This document shows positions 28,995-39,331 of a stretch of 64,000 bases of DNA, piece after piece. The notes beneath the pieces are model-generated. The model ran no database searches, was not told where the DNA came from, and saw only the letters and a list, made by a program, of their open reading frames with translations. How positions within the stretch are numbered: the first letter of the stretch is position 1; every line of letters begins with the position of its first letter. Source of the DNA: Candidatus Iainarchaeum sp. (GTDB lineage: Archaea; Iainarchaeota; Iainarchaeia; Iainarchaeales; JAGVWC01); the NCBI GenBank assembly GCA_018304465.1, contig JAGVWC010000010.1, positions 243,473 through 307,472 of the forward strand. Direction: 5' to 3'. The position numbers and the translations under genes are program-made.

Positions 28995-29902
28995 TGTTCC
29001 ACCTCTTCTTCGAGTGCTTCTTCCATTTCCTGGTTTTCTTCGTCCAGGGTTTCGCTGGCATCCGCCGAAAGCATTGGACCCGCGGCGACCACGGGATTCA
29101 CTCGCGGCTTTTGCGGCAACGCTTGTTCGGAAACGCGCTCGGCTTCCACGGATTCGAGGAATTCCTTGGTTTCAAAACGCTTCTTTAACGCGGCTTCCTG
29201 CAGTTTCGCGATTTTTTTGCATCCTTCCAAACCCAAAGGCAACGCTTTTTCCCATTCGGCTTTGGTGAACAATCCGTCCATTTGCAGCAAGACGATTTCT
29301 TCGGTCGACGGAATAATCGCGATCGGAATATCCACGGCGTCCGGCGCGTCTTCTTCTTCCTTGGTGACGTCCAGCATGATTTGTCCGCCGGCGCGACCGA
29401 CCGTACAACCCGCAACGACGCCGCGCATCGGAATACCGGCATCCGCCAACGCCACCGCGGCTGCGGTCAAACCCGCAATTCGGGTTCCGGCGTTCGCATC
29501 GAGAATTTCAACGTGCACGTCAATCGCGGTGTTCGGGAATTGTTCCAAAAAAATCGCTTTTTGAAGCGCTTCGCTGCACACTTTCGAGATTTCGGTTTCG
29601 CGTCGACCGGGTTTCGGATTTTTCCGGTCGGGAACGCTAAACGTCGCCATTCGATAATAGAAATTCACGCGGCCTTTCAGCGGATCCGCCGTGTGCTTTG
29701 GCAAGCATTCCTTGGGTCCGTACACGGCAGCCACGACTTTGTTCTGGCCCCATTCCAAATACGCGCTTCCGTCCGCGCGGGGCACCACGCCGACTTCGAT
29801 CTTGATCGGGCGCAAGTCGGTTAAGCCCCGTCCATCCAGGCGCTTTCCTTTCTTGTCCACGTATGTCAATTCTTCTTCTTTTTTCTTGGCCATTTTCTTC
29901 AC
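28991..29902 (-). CDS. rrp41: Exosome subunit Rrp41
   Basis: RLDGR, ADGSAY, YGPKE, RRETEIS, AGTR. Confidence 0.95.
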   Translation of the reverse strand: MKKMAKKKEEELTYVDKKGKRLDGRGLTDLRPIKIEVGVVPRADGSAYLEWGQNKVVAAVYGPKECLPKHTADPLKGRVNFYYRMATFSVPDRKNPKPGRRETEISKVCSEALQKAIFLEQFPNTAIDVHVEILDANAGTRIAGLTAAAVALADAGIPMRGVVAGCTVGRAGGQIMLDVTKEEEDAPDAVDIPIAIIPSTEEIVLLQMDGLFTKAEWEKALPLGLEGCKKIAKLQEAALKKRFETKEFLESVEAERVSEQALPQKPRVNPVVAAGPMLSADASETLDEENQEMEEALEEEVEQ

Positions 29903-30552
29903 TCCTGCTTTCCGGACGCCGGCACGGGGGCGTCTTTTTTCAAATAATCCGACATTTTGTTCGTCAGATTCGACAAATGCGCTTCGTCATCGATTTTTTG
30001 CAAACCGACTTTTAGCAATTCCATGTCGCCGCCTTTGACCCAAACAAAACCGTTTCGTCCGATCATGACGTTACAACCGGTTCCGCGTTTTAACACTTCG
30101 AGCATGGACCCGTTTTTTCCGATCATGCGCGGCACTTTAACCGGCATCACGGGAATCACGGTTCCGCCGTAAAACACGCGAACAAACCCGAGTTCCACGT
30201 CATGGGTTTCGTTGACACTCATGACTTTCGCGGACACCACGGTTCCAACCTGCAAAGGATCCCGCAATTCTTTCTTGGACACAAACGCGTAATTCACGCC
30301 GTTGACGTCCACCAAATAACCCGGATACACTTCTTGCGCGACGATTCCAACGATCAAATCGTTCATCTGCGGAACGTATTTTCCGCGCAACGGAACCACG
30401 GACGCGAAATTTCCTTCGACCCGGCTGATTCCCAACGTATCCGAAAAAATCTTTCCGTCCCGGATATAGACGTGCTCGCCCAGACGCTTTCGCTCTTCCG
30501 TAACAAGCTCTCCTGGTACCACGATTTTCTTCGTCATTTTTTTCTCTCCCAA
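29899..30552 (-). CDS. rrp4: Exosome subunit Rrp4
   Basis: VVPGE, S1 and KH domains, KVPRMIGKNGSM, GRNG. Confidence 0.92.
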   Translation of the reverse strand: MGEKKMTKKIVVPGELVTEERKRLGEHVYIRDGKIFSDTLGISRVEGNFASVVPLRGKYVPQMNDLIVGIVAQEVYPGYLVDVNGVNYAFVSKKELRDPLQVGTVVSAKVMSVNETHDVELGFVRVFYGGTVIPVMPVKVPRMIGKNGSMLEVLKRGTGCNVMIGRNGFVWVKGGDMELLKVGLQKIDDEAHLSNLTNKMSDYLKKDAPVPASGKQE

Positions 30553-31245
30553 TTACTTCAACATTTTGCTTTCAATCGACCCTTTGGCCAAATGATTCAA
30601 TTCCGCCACGACGGCTTGCTGCAACCCGACCGGCATTTCCAAAATCGCGATCAAGCTTCCGTCCGACTGCCATTCCTGGCGCTTCACTTCATGCCGAAAC
30701 AACGCGGCACTGGCTCGCGCCGCATACTCCGACGGAATCTTCACGGCCATGGAAACGTTTTCCATGGAAATCGGCAAAATCTTTCGGATTTCCTTTAACG
30801 CTTCCTGGGCCTGCTGATTCGTCGACTTGAACAAATCCGGCGTAAACCGGATTTCATTCAACGCGTTTTCAATGCGCTGCGGCGGATGCGGCGTTTTGTG
30901 CTGCGGATCAATGCAATTCTGCGCCAAAAACGTAACAATTTCCTTGCGGCGTTCCTCGATCAAATGACGACGCTGATCCGTCGTCAAATGAACCTCGCCA
31001 TCCAACACGATTCTTTTCGCGATATCCTCGAAATTCGTGGTCTGGAACACCGATTTGATGTTGCCATCCGACTGCGCTTCGCCTTTCTTGGCGTCCTTAA
31101 ACACCGCGTCAATCGCCACCAAATCATTGATGGAAACCGGTTTTCCTTTTTTTAAGGCCAACGCCAAATCCGGGTCTACCAGCAATTCAAACTTCAAACC
31201 CGCATGTTCAAGACGAGCCACTACTGCATCTTCCACTCGGACCAT
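30553..31245 (-). CDS. Ribosome maturation protein SBDS/SDO1
   Basis: ARL..FELLVDP, VFKDAKKG, PHPPQRIE. Confidence 0.93.
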   Translation of the reverse strand: MVRVEDAVVARLEHAGLKFELLVDPDLALALKKGKPVSINDLVAIDAVFKDAKKGEAQSDGNIKSVFQTTNFEDIAKRIVLDGEVHLTTDQRRHLIEERRKEIVTFLAQNCIDPQHKTPHPPQRIENALNEIRFTPDLFKSTNQQAQEALKEIRKILPISMENVSMAVKIPSEYAARASAALFRHEVKRQEWQSDGSLIAILEMPVGLQQAVVAELNHLAKGSIESKMLK

Positions 31246-31301
31246 GTGTTTTTTTCCCCTTACGTGGAAAAAAACAAGCCGACCAAAACACAACGATTAC
31301 G

Positions 31302-32039
31302 TCATGCATTCTTGGATTTCGCCCACAACGATTTCAATTCGTCCGCCGAAACCCGAGTCAACGGCTTGTTTCGTTCAATAAACGCAAAATCCAGCCGGTT
31401 TGCATCCAGCTTTTCTTTTTCCGACAATCCTTTCTTGATCACCGACAACAAAATACCCACAGCGTCTTCCTTGGACATGTTTTCCTTGTAATCCTTTTCA
31501 AACAATTCCATGGCTTCTTTTTTCCCTTTTCCGATCGCGATCGCCTTGTATTCCGCCAACGCGCCGCTGGGTTCGGTTTCAAACAACTTAAAACCGGTTT
31601 CGTCAAAACCACCAAAAATAAACGAGACACCAAACGGTCGCACACCGCCATACTGGGTAAAATACTGCATGATTCCGGACACTTTCTTGGCCAACGCCTT
31701 GACTTGGATCGGTTCGTCGTAATAAATCATGTTTTCCTGGGATTCTTGACGCGCAAACTCAACCAATCGACGCGCGTCCCCGACCAATCCGCTTGAAACC
31801 GCGGCCACATGATCGTCAATCAAAAAAATCTTTTCAATACTCGTCGGAAGAATCAACCGCGTGGAAATCTTCTTGTCCGCGGCAAACATAACCCCGTTAT
31901 TGTAAATAACCGCAGCACCCAGGGTGCCTTGTTCCACGATTTTGGAGGCGTATTCGACTTGGTATAAACGGCCATCCGGCGAAAACATCGTCGCGGCGCG
32001 GTCATACGCTTGAGACTTTGGCGAAGCGGAATACATCAA
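31302..32039 (-). CDS. psmA: Proteasome alpha subunit
   Basis: YDRAATMFSPDGRLYQVEYA, RPFGVS. Confidence 0.96.
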   Translation of the reverse strand: MMYSASPKSQAYDRAATMFSPDGRLYQVEYASKIVEQGTLGAAVIYNNGVMFAADKKISTRLILPTSIEKIFLIDDHVAAVSSGLVGDARRLVEFARQESQENMIYYDEPIQVKALAKKVSGIMQYFTQYGGVRPFGVSFIFGGFDETGFKLFETEPSGALAEYKAIAIGKGKKEAMELFEKDYKENMSKEDAVGILLSVIKKGLSEKEKLDANRLDFAFIERNKPLTRVSADELKSLWAKSKNA

Positions 32040-32208
32040 AAAACCTCCCTAAAACAGTGTACAGCGATCTCTCTCAAATTTAAATAAAGATAGACGAATA
32101 ACCATAAAAACCCTTTGGAGGCTCAAAACCCAAAAAAAAGCCAAAAAACCCGTTTTTGGACGGTTGGACAGACAAACGCTTAAAAAAAAGAAAACAGGAA
32201 CCCGAAAA

Positions 32209-32577
32209 TCAGTTTTTTGAAAGCGCTTTTAACGAACCCGAGACCTTTTTGATTTCCGGAACCACGGGTTTGGATCCGATGTGGGTTAACAACAACAAAC
32301 CCGCTTTGACGTTTTGCAATTCGGATAATTCGCTTTTGATGATCGCAATCCCCAACTTGGGATCAAACCGCACCACGCCGATTTTTTGCTTGGACAAACC
32401 CACGGACCCGAATAATTCGCGTTGCTTGGCCAACACCGCGGACACCACGTCCCGCTGGGAAAACAATTCATTCGAATGCAACAACAACGCCACATACCGT
32501 TTTTTTCCGCGATACGATTTGGGCAACGGATTCGATTTTTTCTTTTTGGCCAACTGTTTCACGACGCCACCCATCAC
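32209..32577 (-). CDS. rnp2: RNase P protein Pop5/Rpp14
   Basis: KKRYV, LFG..G, VSGSLK; operon position. Confidence 0.8.
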   Translation of the reverse strand: MMGGVVKQLAKKKKSNPLPKSYRGKKRYVALLLHSNELFSQRDVVSAVLAKQRELFGSVGLSKQKIGVVRFDPKLGIAIIKSELSELQNVKAGLLLLTHIGSKPVVPEIKKVSGSLKALSKN

Positions 32578-33158
32578 GGATTGTTTGATTCTCCGGAATC
32601 AAAATCCGATTCCGAATAATCGGGCAACGCCGGCGGCACATACTTTACCGACGAAACACCAAGGTCTGACGCGGCCGCCAAAAACGCCTGGTACGCCTTG
32701 TCCGAATGCAACACCAAAAACACGTGTTTTAGGTACTGCGGCGAAAAAGCATTCACTTGTTTTACAATCAATCGCGCGCCGTCTTCAATCGCAAAACCGC
32801 CGACACCGCAACCCAACGCGGGAACACCCAAGGTATCGCATTCAAGCGAATCCGCGAGTTCCAACGCGTTCTGCAAGGCTTTTTCAATGATCTCCGCGGA
32901 CGCGGCCTGACCTGGTTTAATCACCGCGGCATGAATCACGAACTTCGCGTTCAATTTTCCGGCGGTCGTCGCGATCGCTTGACCCAATTCCACGGGACCC
33001 AATTCCAACGCTTCTTCTTCAACGTCTTTTCCGCCGCCTTTTCGCAACGCCAAAGCGACGCCTCCGCCCATTCGAAGCGTAATATCCGCGGCATTCACCA
33101 ACGCGTCCGCTTCCAAACGCGCCAAATCCCCTTTGTCAATACTGAGCTGCATAAACAT
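32574..33158 (-). CDS. Macro domain protein (ADP-ribose binding/hydrolase)
   Basis: GDL..DALVNAA..GGGVA, VIHA, PALGCGVGG. Confidence 0.9.
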   Translation of the reverse strand: MFMQLSIDKGDLARLEADALVNAADITLRMGGGVALALRKGGGKDVEEEALELGPVELGQAIATTAGKLNAKFVIHAAVIKPGQAASAEIIEKALQNALELADSLECDTLGVPALGCGVGGFAIEDGARLIVKQVNAFSPQYLKHVFLVLHSDKAYQAFLAAASDLGVSSVKYVPPALPDYSESDFDSGESNNP

Positions 33159-33209
33159 TTCCTCTGTCTACCAACATACGGTGCAAGACATTAAAATACT
33201 TAATTGCGG

Positions 33210-33761
33210 CTATGCCGACAACCAATCGCGGAAAAAAATCAAATCCGATTCGCTTCGGACAAACAAAGGCTTCGACGCCCCCGACACGACTTGAAAAAAC
33301 ACCTTTGTTTTTTTGGCCAACCGACTCCACGCCGAAACCGATTTATGCAATTCGATCGCGTCCACGGACGCCAAACGCAACAACGACTCCGCCAAAAACA
33401 AAAAACCCACATTGCTTTGGCGCGCGGTTTCAAACAACTGAACATCCAGCATCGGTTTTTCACCCAGCACCGGCAACAACACAAAATCCACGGATCGCGA
33501 CGACACCGCCAGATTCAACGCGCTTGCGGAATCCGGCCACACGGCCACCCAAAACTTTTGCTGTATCGCGCGCGACAACCACAACGAATCCGGGCGATTC
33601 AAAACAAAACAACCCGGCAAACCGGTTTTTTCGCACAACGATTTCAAAGCCGCAGCATCGGAATCGGATTTTATTTTTCGAGCCAGAACGAAACCATTCT
33701 TCGGAAACAATTTTTTCGCTTCCGCGACATCCGCTTCGGTTGACAAAAAAACCAAGTCCAT
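33210..33761 (-). CDS. rnp3: RNase P protein Rpp30-like
   Basis: N..AV..VD, VSGA..VRS..D; located between rpl15e and pop5. Confidence 0.65.
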   Translation of the reverse strand: MDLVFLSTEADVAEAKKLFPKNGFVLARKIKSDSDAAALKSLCEKTGLPGCFVLNRPDSLWLSRAIQQKFWVAVWPDSASALNLAVSSRSVDFVLLPVLGEKPMLDVQLFETARQSNVGFLFLAESLLRLASVDAIELHKSVSAWSRLAKKTKVFFQVVSGASKPLFVRSESDLIFFRDWLSA

Positions 33762-33836
33762 GAAAAACCAACCACCAAAAAGGAGAACAGAAACAGTTAA
33801 AGAGCTTTTTCCCGGGCTTTTCGCGAAAAGGTTGAG

Positions 33837-34445
33837 TTACTTGGTTTTTCCGCTGTTGGCGCGAACGCTTGGACGCACTTTTTCGGTTCCGCGTCCTTTC
33901 TTTCGCAATCCACGCGACTTCTTGGCGGCGCTCGTTAATCCGCGCGCGACACGATTGCGGTTCACGGGATCCGTAATCCAGGACAAATTCTTGTCGGATT
34001 CGATTTCGGGTGTTTGCGGATCCACCATAATGACTTCAAAATACTTGTCTTTGCCGTCTTCGCCGACCCAGTACGAATTCAATACTTCGCAGTTGACGAA
34101 CCCCGCTTGGGCGCGTTGTTCCGCGATCGACTGAATGTTTTTTCCGCGCGTCAGTTTTCTGACACCCATGCGTTTGGGTTTGCGGCCATTATACGGTCGG
34201 CGATGCAGTCCTGATCCTTTTCGGATGCGGACACGCACGACAAAAATGCCTTTTTTGGCTTTAAATCCAAGGCTTCGCGCGCGACCGGGGTTTGACGGAT
34301 GCGCGAGCCGCACCACGCTTTCGGTGGGTTTTCGGTATTCCATCAATCGTTCGCGGTACAACTGGCCAAAATCGTAATCGTTAGTCTTTTCGCCTTTATA
34401 GAGCGCTTGCAAGGTACTGGCCAAATGCTGCTTTGCTGAAACCAT
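33837..34445 (-). CDS. rpl15e: 50S ribosomal protein L15e
   Basis: ARSLGFKAKKG, EVLNSYWVGEDG, RGLTSA. Confidence 0.96.
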   Translation of the reverse strand: MVSAKQHLASTLQALYKGEKTNDYDFGQLYRERLMEYRKPTESVVRLAHPSNPGRARSLGFKAKKGIFVVRVRIRKGSGLHRRPYNGRKPKRMGVRKLTRGKNIQSIAEQRAQAGFVNCEVLNSYWVGEDGKDKYFEVIMVDPQTPEIESDKNLSWITDPVNRNRVARGLTSAAKKSRGLRKKGRGTEKVRPSVRANSGKTK

Positions 34446-34553
34446 AAATAACACTCGAAAAAAACGTTCTGATGAACAGAATCGGATAGATTAATTACCC
34501 CTGGCAAGGTTTTTAAGGTTTTGTTTAAAACCCTTTTTTCCGGGTATTTTCGT

Positions 34554-35570
34554 ATGGAAACCAAAACCTGCGAACGATGCCAAAAAACCGCGAAAGTCCA
34601 CGTTCCATACGGACCCCACTGGTTTTGCGCCGAACACTTCAACCATTTCTTTGAAAACCGGTTTCGTGAAACCATTCGAAAACACAACCTGGTGCGATAC
34701 GGCGAAAAAATACTCATCGCCTTATCCGGCGGCAAAGACTCCATGGTATTGTTGCACCAACTGCATAAACACTTCGGAAAACAAAACGAACTCCACTGTT
34801 TGATCATCGACGAAGGAATCCCGGGGTACCGCGACAAAGCGATCCGGCTGGCCACCGATTACTGTAAACAACTCGGAGTACCCTTCACTGTGGTTTCCCA
34901 CGAAAAAGAATTCGGCGTCACCAATGCCCAAGTCGCGTCCACTTTGGAAAACACCACCGAGCGACTCGGAAAAAGCGTGTGCAGTTACTGCGGCACGTTT
35001 CGCAAAACACTCATGAACAAATACGCCAAACAACTCGGCGCCCAAAAACTCGCCACCGGACACAACCTTGATGACGAAAGCCAAAGCGTGCTCATGAACG
35101 TGTTTGACAACGACGTGCAAAAACTATTGTCGCTTTCCCCCAAAGCGGATCATTTATCCGACGACTTGGTGGTACCGCGCATCAAACCCCTCTACGAAAC
35201 CCCTGAAAAAGACATCATCACGTTTGCCAGCCTAAACGAAATCCCGCATTATTCCGACGAATGCTGCCCGTATTCCTACAAAGCCAAACGAAACGATTTT
35301 CGACAACTCCTCAATTCCTTCGAACACAAATACCCTGGCACCAAACACTCGGTCCTGCGATTCTTGCAGGACATCCAACACGCGGTTCCCGCACCGGGAA
35401 AAAAAAGCCAATTAAAACCCTGTCCGGAATGCAGCGAACCCGCAACCGGCGTGCTTTGCCAAGCCTGCCAAAAGAAAAAAATCATTCGCCAATACGTCGG
35501 AATGAAAAAAAACAAAATTAAGGTCAAACCGATCGATGCCCTGACCTGCAATGAAACAAAAGGCATGTAA
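34554..35570 (+). CDS. ttuA: tRNA 2-thiolation protein TtuA/NcsA (TIGR00269 family)
   Basis: PP-loop SGGKDS, CSYCG, TGHNLDDE, CCPY, terminal Zn fingers. Confidence 0.9.
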   Translation: METKTCERCQKTAKVHVPYGPHWFCAEHFNHFFENRFRETIRKHNLVRYGEKILIALSGGKDSMVLLHQLHKHFGKQNELHCLIIDEGIPGYRDKAIRLATDYCKQLGVPFTVVSHEKEFGVTNAQVASTLENTTERLGKSVCSYCGTFRKTLMNKYAKQLGAQKLATGHNLDDESQSVLMNVFDNDVQKLLSLSPKADHLSDDLVVPRIKPLYETPEKDIITFASLNEIPHYSDECCPYSYKAKRNDFRQLLNSFEHKYPGTKHSVLRFLQDIQHAVPAPGKKSQLKPCPECSEPATGVLCQACQKKKIIRQYVGMKKNKIKVKPIDALTCNETKGM

Positions 35571-35591
35571 CCCCGAATCACCGGCAATGCA

Positions 35592-36683
35592 GTGCCTCCA
35601 AAGGAACTAATCTATCAAAATGCTTTTTCTGAAGTGAAAGAAAAACGAATCTATTTACCGAAAGAAGTTCAGAAAAAATTCTTCTTAGATGTTAAGCGTT
35701 CACTTGGAAACAATTCTTGGCCAGCACTTGCCAATCGCTTCGGAATAAACTACTGGAAATTTAAGAATTACAAAAAAGGAGATTTAACGGTTCCAAATTC
35801 ATGTTTTGAAGAATTCGTACGGGTATTGAATAAAGAAAAAACAGAAGAATACCGCGCACAAACCCATATGTTTGACGGAAATTGGGGCGCGGTGAAAGGT
35901 GGAAAACGGGCAATCCAAGTTCTTCGAGAAAAATATGGCCAAGAGTATTTAGATTCTCGACGTTTGAAAGGACAAAGAAACAGCCCCGTGATTGGCGCAT
36001 CCGTCTGCAAGAAAATTGTAATACCAAAAGAAATTAATTCAGAAATTGCCGAACTCGTTGGCGTGTATCTGGGCGACGGAACACTCACAGACTATTTAAT
36101 TCGCATTTCCTCCGACAAGCGGTTTGATCTGCGATACATGCAGTATTTGGCACACGTTGTGCAGAAGAACTTTGGTTTTATCTCGTTTATTCGCTTCGAC
36201 AAAAAAACCAATTCGGGTTATTTAGAAATTCCTTCCAAAAAGTTCGTGGACTATTTCAAAGAAACTTTCGGTTTTTCGACAGGAGACAAAATTAGAAACA
36301 AAGCCCGTATTCCCGACGTCATCTTGCAGAATTCAGATTGGACAAAAGCGTGCCTGAGAGGATTGATGGATACAGACGGGTCGTTTTCCCGGCGGGATAA
36401 TTATCTGTGCATGGAATTTACTTCATTTAATCCGACGCTCTTAAGCCAAGTGCAGGAAATTGGTTATAAAGAAGAGTTCTTTTCTTTCCATAGCACACGA
36501 CATACAGGATCAAACTCATGGCCCCGAATTCAGAAGTACTTCCGCGAAGTCGGAAGCTCAAACTTGCGGCATATCATCCGTTTTGACCAACGATTGCAAA
36601 ATAATCGCTGTTTGTACGTAAAAGAAACATTAAAATATTTTCCCCAATATGAAAATGTTACCATACCCTATTTTTCGGGCTAG
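35592..36683 (+). mobile_element. Free-standing LAGLIDADG homing endonuclease-like gene
   Basis: ELVGVYLGDG and CLRGLMDTDG; no intein termini; AT-richer than flanks. Confidence 0.8.
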
Positions 36684-36748
36684 TAGTCGATTGGTAAGAC
36701 GTCCGCTTGACGTGCGGAAGACAGGGGGTCCGATTCCTCCCTGGCCCA
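36677..36748 (+). tRNA. tRNA-Val(GAC)
   Basis: Acceptor GGGCTAG/CTGGCCC, anticodon arm TCCGC-TTGACGT-GCGGA, T-arm GGGGG-TCCGATT-CCTCC. Confidence 0.9.
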
Positions 36749-36776
36749 ACTATTTTTCAAAAAAAAGCCGCAACGC

Positions 36777-37886
36777 CTACATTCGTTTTCGGCCCATTTC
36801 CAAATCATTCAACCGGTTTTTGATGTCTTCGAATTCGCGGCGAAGCGAAGCCGCGTCGATTTCGCGCGAAATCCGGTCGACTTCTTCGAGTTTTTGGTTT
36901 GCGTCCGACGAAAGCTCGTTTATTTTTTCAATCGTCAAACGGTCAATGCGGTTATTCGCGTCCTTGACCCAACTGTTAATGATCGCGTGCTCCAATTCAA
37001 GGGTTTTCGTGGCGCGGTCCTCAATGGCCAACATTTTTTTCCGCGCGTCTTCCAACGTCAACACCAGTTCGGACTTGTACTTGACGGTGTCCGCATTCAA
37101 CTGAACCAGGGACTTGTCGCGCAGTTCTTTCGAATGCGCAAGTTCCTCCGACAATTGTTTGAACAATTCGGACGCGACTTTTCGCTCGGTCTTTATGGAT
37201 TCCTGCTCTTGCCGCAACTCGTCGCGGTTTTTTTTCAGTTCCGCAATCCGCTGATCCAGGGTTTCGACGATTTCACCTGATTTTTTTTCCAATTCCGAAT
37301 TCATTTTCGAAATCATCAATTTTTGGGTGTTGTCCTGCAACGCCGCCATTTTCACGGATTCCTTGTCCAATGCTTTTTGGATACGGCTCTCCAATGTCTT
37401 GTCCAGGTCATCCCGGATTTTTTTGATTTCCAAAAGCGAATCCGTCACGGTGTTAAGAATTCCTTTTTCCCAAAGCGAAGACACCGTTTGATCCGGGAGA
37501 GTCAACGCGGTTTTTTGGGAACCCGATGCCGTTTCGTCTTCAAACGAAGACACTGATTTTGTTTTTTGCGATTTGGAAGGAGGCGCTTCAATGGAAACGG
37601 TTTGGACAACCGGTTTCTTGGAATCCGGTTTTTTCTTTGATGTCACCGGCAAATCATTGATTACCGGCGGCGCAAAGGCTTCCTCGATTTGCGCGCGGGT
37701 TTCTTCAAGCGTTTCCTGCGGGTTTTCAAGTTCCACGGGCGCGTCGGTATCCCCCGCCAAAAGCGAGCGAATATAGTTTTCGGAAATTCCGAATTCTTTC
37801 AAATAAGAAACGATTTCGTCTTCCGAAACATTCAGGCGCCTAAGCTTCGCAATCGAGTCGAGCAAAACTTTTTTTTTGTCAGGCAT
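36777..37886 (-). CDS. Coiled-coil hypothetical protein
   Basis: Long heptad-rich C-terminal half after a low-complexity linker. Confidence 0.7.
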   Translation of the reverse strand: MPDKKKVLLDSIAKLRRLNVSEDEIVSYLKEFGISENYIRSLLAGDTDAPVELENPQETLEETRAQIEEAFAPPVINDLPVTSKKKPDSKKPVVQTVSIEAPPSKSQKTKSVSSFEDETASGSQKTALTLPDQTVSSLWEKGILNTVTDSLLEIKKIRDDLDKTLESRIQKALDKESVKMAALQDNTQKLMISKMNSELEKKSGEIVETLDQRIAELKKNRDELRQEQESIKTERKVASELFKQLSEELAHSKELRDKSLVQLNADTVKYKSELVLTLEDARKKMLAIEDRATKTLELEHAIINSWVKDANNRIDRLTIEKINELSSDANQKLEEVDRISREIDAASLRREFEDIKNRLNDLEMGRKRM

Positions 37887-37911
37887 GATCGCTAAAGAAA
37901 AAGCAAAACAA

Positions 37912-37920
37912 GTATATAAA
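37912..37920 (-). promoter_or_regulatory. TATA box for the coiled-coil gene (probably leaderless transcript)
   Basis: TTTATATAC on the minus strand ~27 nt upstream of the ATG at 37886. Confidence 0.5.
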
Positions 37921-38095
37921 CAAAACGACAGGGGCGTTACTTAAACGCGGATTGGACCACTGCCGGATCGAATCCCTGGGCGATTTTGGTCCGGGTCGGT
38001 AACGGTACAACGCCGCGATAAAAAAAAAAAAACGGACTCGCACTGACAAAAGTAGAGATTCTTTTTCCCAGGTTTTTCTTTTAAAGAAAAAGCTG

Positions 38096-38166
38096 TGGAC
38101 CAACCGGGAGTCGAACCCGGACCCCGTCCACGCCAAGGACGAATACTACCATTATACTATCGGCCC
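38096..38166 (-). tRNA. tRNA-Ala(GGC)
   Basis: GGGCCGA/TTGGTCC with G3:U70, anticodon arm CGTCC-TTGGCGT-GGACG, GGTTCGACTCC. Confidence 0.93.
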
Positions 38167-38257
38167 AAAAAAATCGATTGGCTACTAATTGTTTTGAAAG
38201 AAAGAAATAAAAAGAAAAAGGGACTTTCAGGCGTTTTTCGCCTGAAAGACCGTTGAT

Positions 38258-39331
38258 TTAGATGTAATCCAAACCGGTGTCGTTTCGGGCCTGGCTCTGC
38301 ACTTGGCGAGTCTGGGCTTTTTTATGGGAACCCGAAATATACGGCGAGTGGACTCCGGTGAAAATCGCGATGATTTGGATGCGGTTTTCAAACGTCGGAT
38401 CGACACGTGCACCCCAGATGACGGTTGCTTTCGGATCGATTTTTTCCGTCAACAGTTCACCCGCAGTGTTTGCTTCTCCCAACGTCAATTCCGGTCCTCC
38501 GGTAATGTGGATCAAGGCTCCGGTGGCACCGGCGATGTCAACATCGAGCAGTGTGTTGTTCAATGTGTCTTCAACGGCTTCTTCGACCTTGTTGACCGAT
38601 TTGTTTTCTCCGACCGCGATCATGGATAATCCGTGATTGGTCATAATGGATCGCACGTCCGCAAAGTCAAGGTTGATCAATGACGGTTGCGTGATGGTTT
38701 CGGTGATTCCGGAAACCGCGCGTGCAATGACTTCGTCCGCTACGCGGAAAGCGTCTTGAATCGGCAGGTTTGGAACCAACTGGACCAAGCGGTTGTTGTC
38801 CAATACGACAACGGTGTCCGCGATTTCGGCCAACAGGTTAAGTCCTTCTTCGGCTTTTTCGATTCGGGCGCGTTCCAAAATGAATGGATACGTGACCATC
38901 GCAATCACGATGGCGCCTTGTTCCTTGGCGAGCTTGGCAATGATGGGCGCCGAACCGGTTCCGGTTCCTCCGCCCATTCCCGCGGAAACAAACACCATGT
39001 CGGCGTTCTTCAATACTTGAAGCAACGCGTCTTTGCTTGCTTCGGCTGCCTTGGCTCCGATTTCGGGGTATCCGCCGGCACCAAGACCGCGCGTAACCGA
39101 TTTTCCGATCAATACTTTGGTAATTTCATCGCTGATAATCGACAAGTGTTGCTTGTCGGTGTTCACAGCAACCAATTGGGCACCGCGGATTCCCATGGTG
39201 GCAATTCGGTTCACACAGTTACATCCGGCGCCGCCTGCTCCGATCACAACGATCTTTGGCGTACCGAATTCTTCGACATTATCCTGGACTTGCGGTCGCG
39301 TAGATACCGCCGAGTCAATCATTGACTTCAT
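38258..39331 (-). CDS. ftsZ: Cell division protein FtsZ
   Basis: GAGGAGCN, GLGAGG, GMGGGTGTG, INLDFAD. Confidence 0.97.
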   Translation of the reverse strand: MKSMIDSAVSTRPQVQDNVEEFGTPKIVVIGAGGAGCNCVNRIATMGIRGAQLVAVNTDKQHLSIISDEITKVLIGKSVTRGLGAGGYPEIGAKAAEASKDALLQVLKNADMVFVSAGMGGGTGTGSAPIIAKLAKEQGAIVIAMVTYPFILERARIEKAEEGLNLLAEIADTVVVLDNNRLVQLVPNLPIQDAFRVADEVIARAVSGITETITQPSLINLDFADVRSIMTNHGLSMIAVGENKSVNKVEEAVEDTLNNTLLDVDIAGATGALIHITGGPELTLGEANTAGELLTEKIDPKATVIWGARVDPTFENRIQIIAIFTGVHSPYISGSHKKAQTRQVQSQARNDTGLDYI

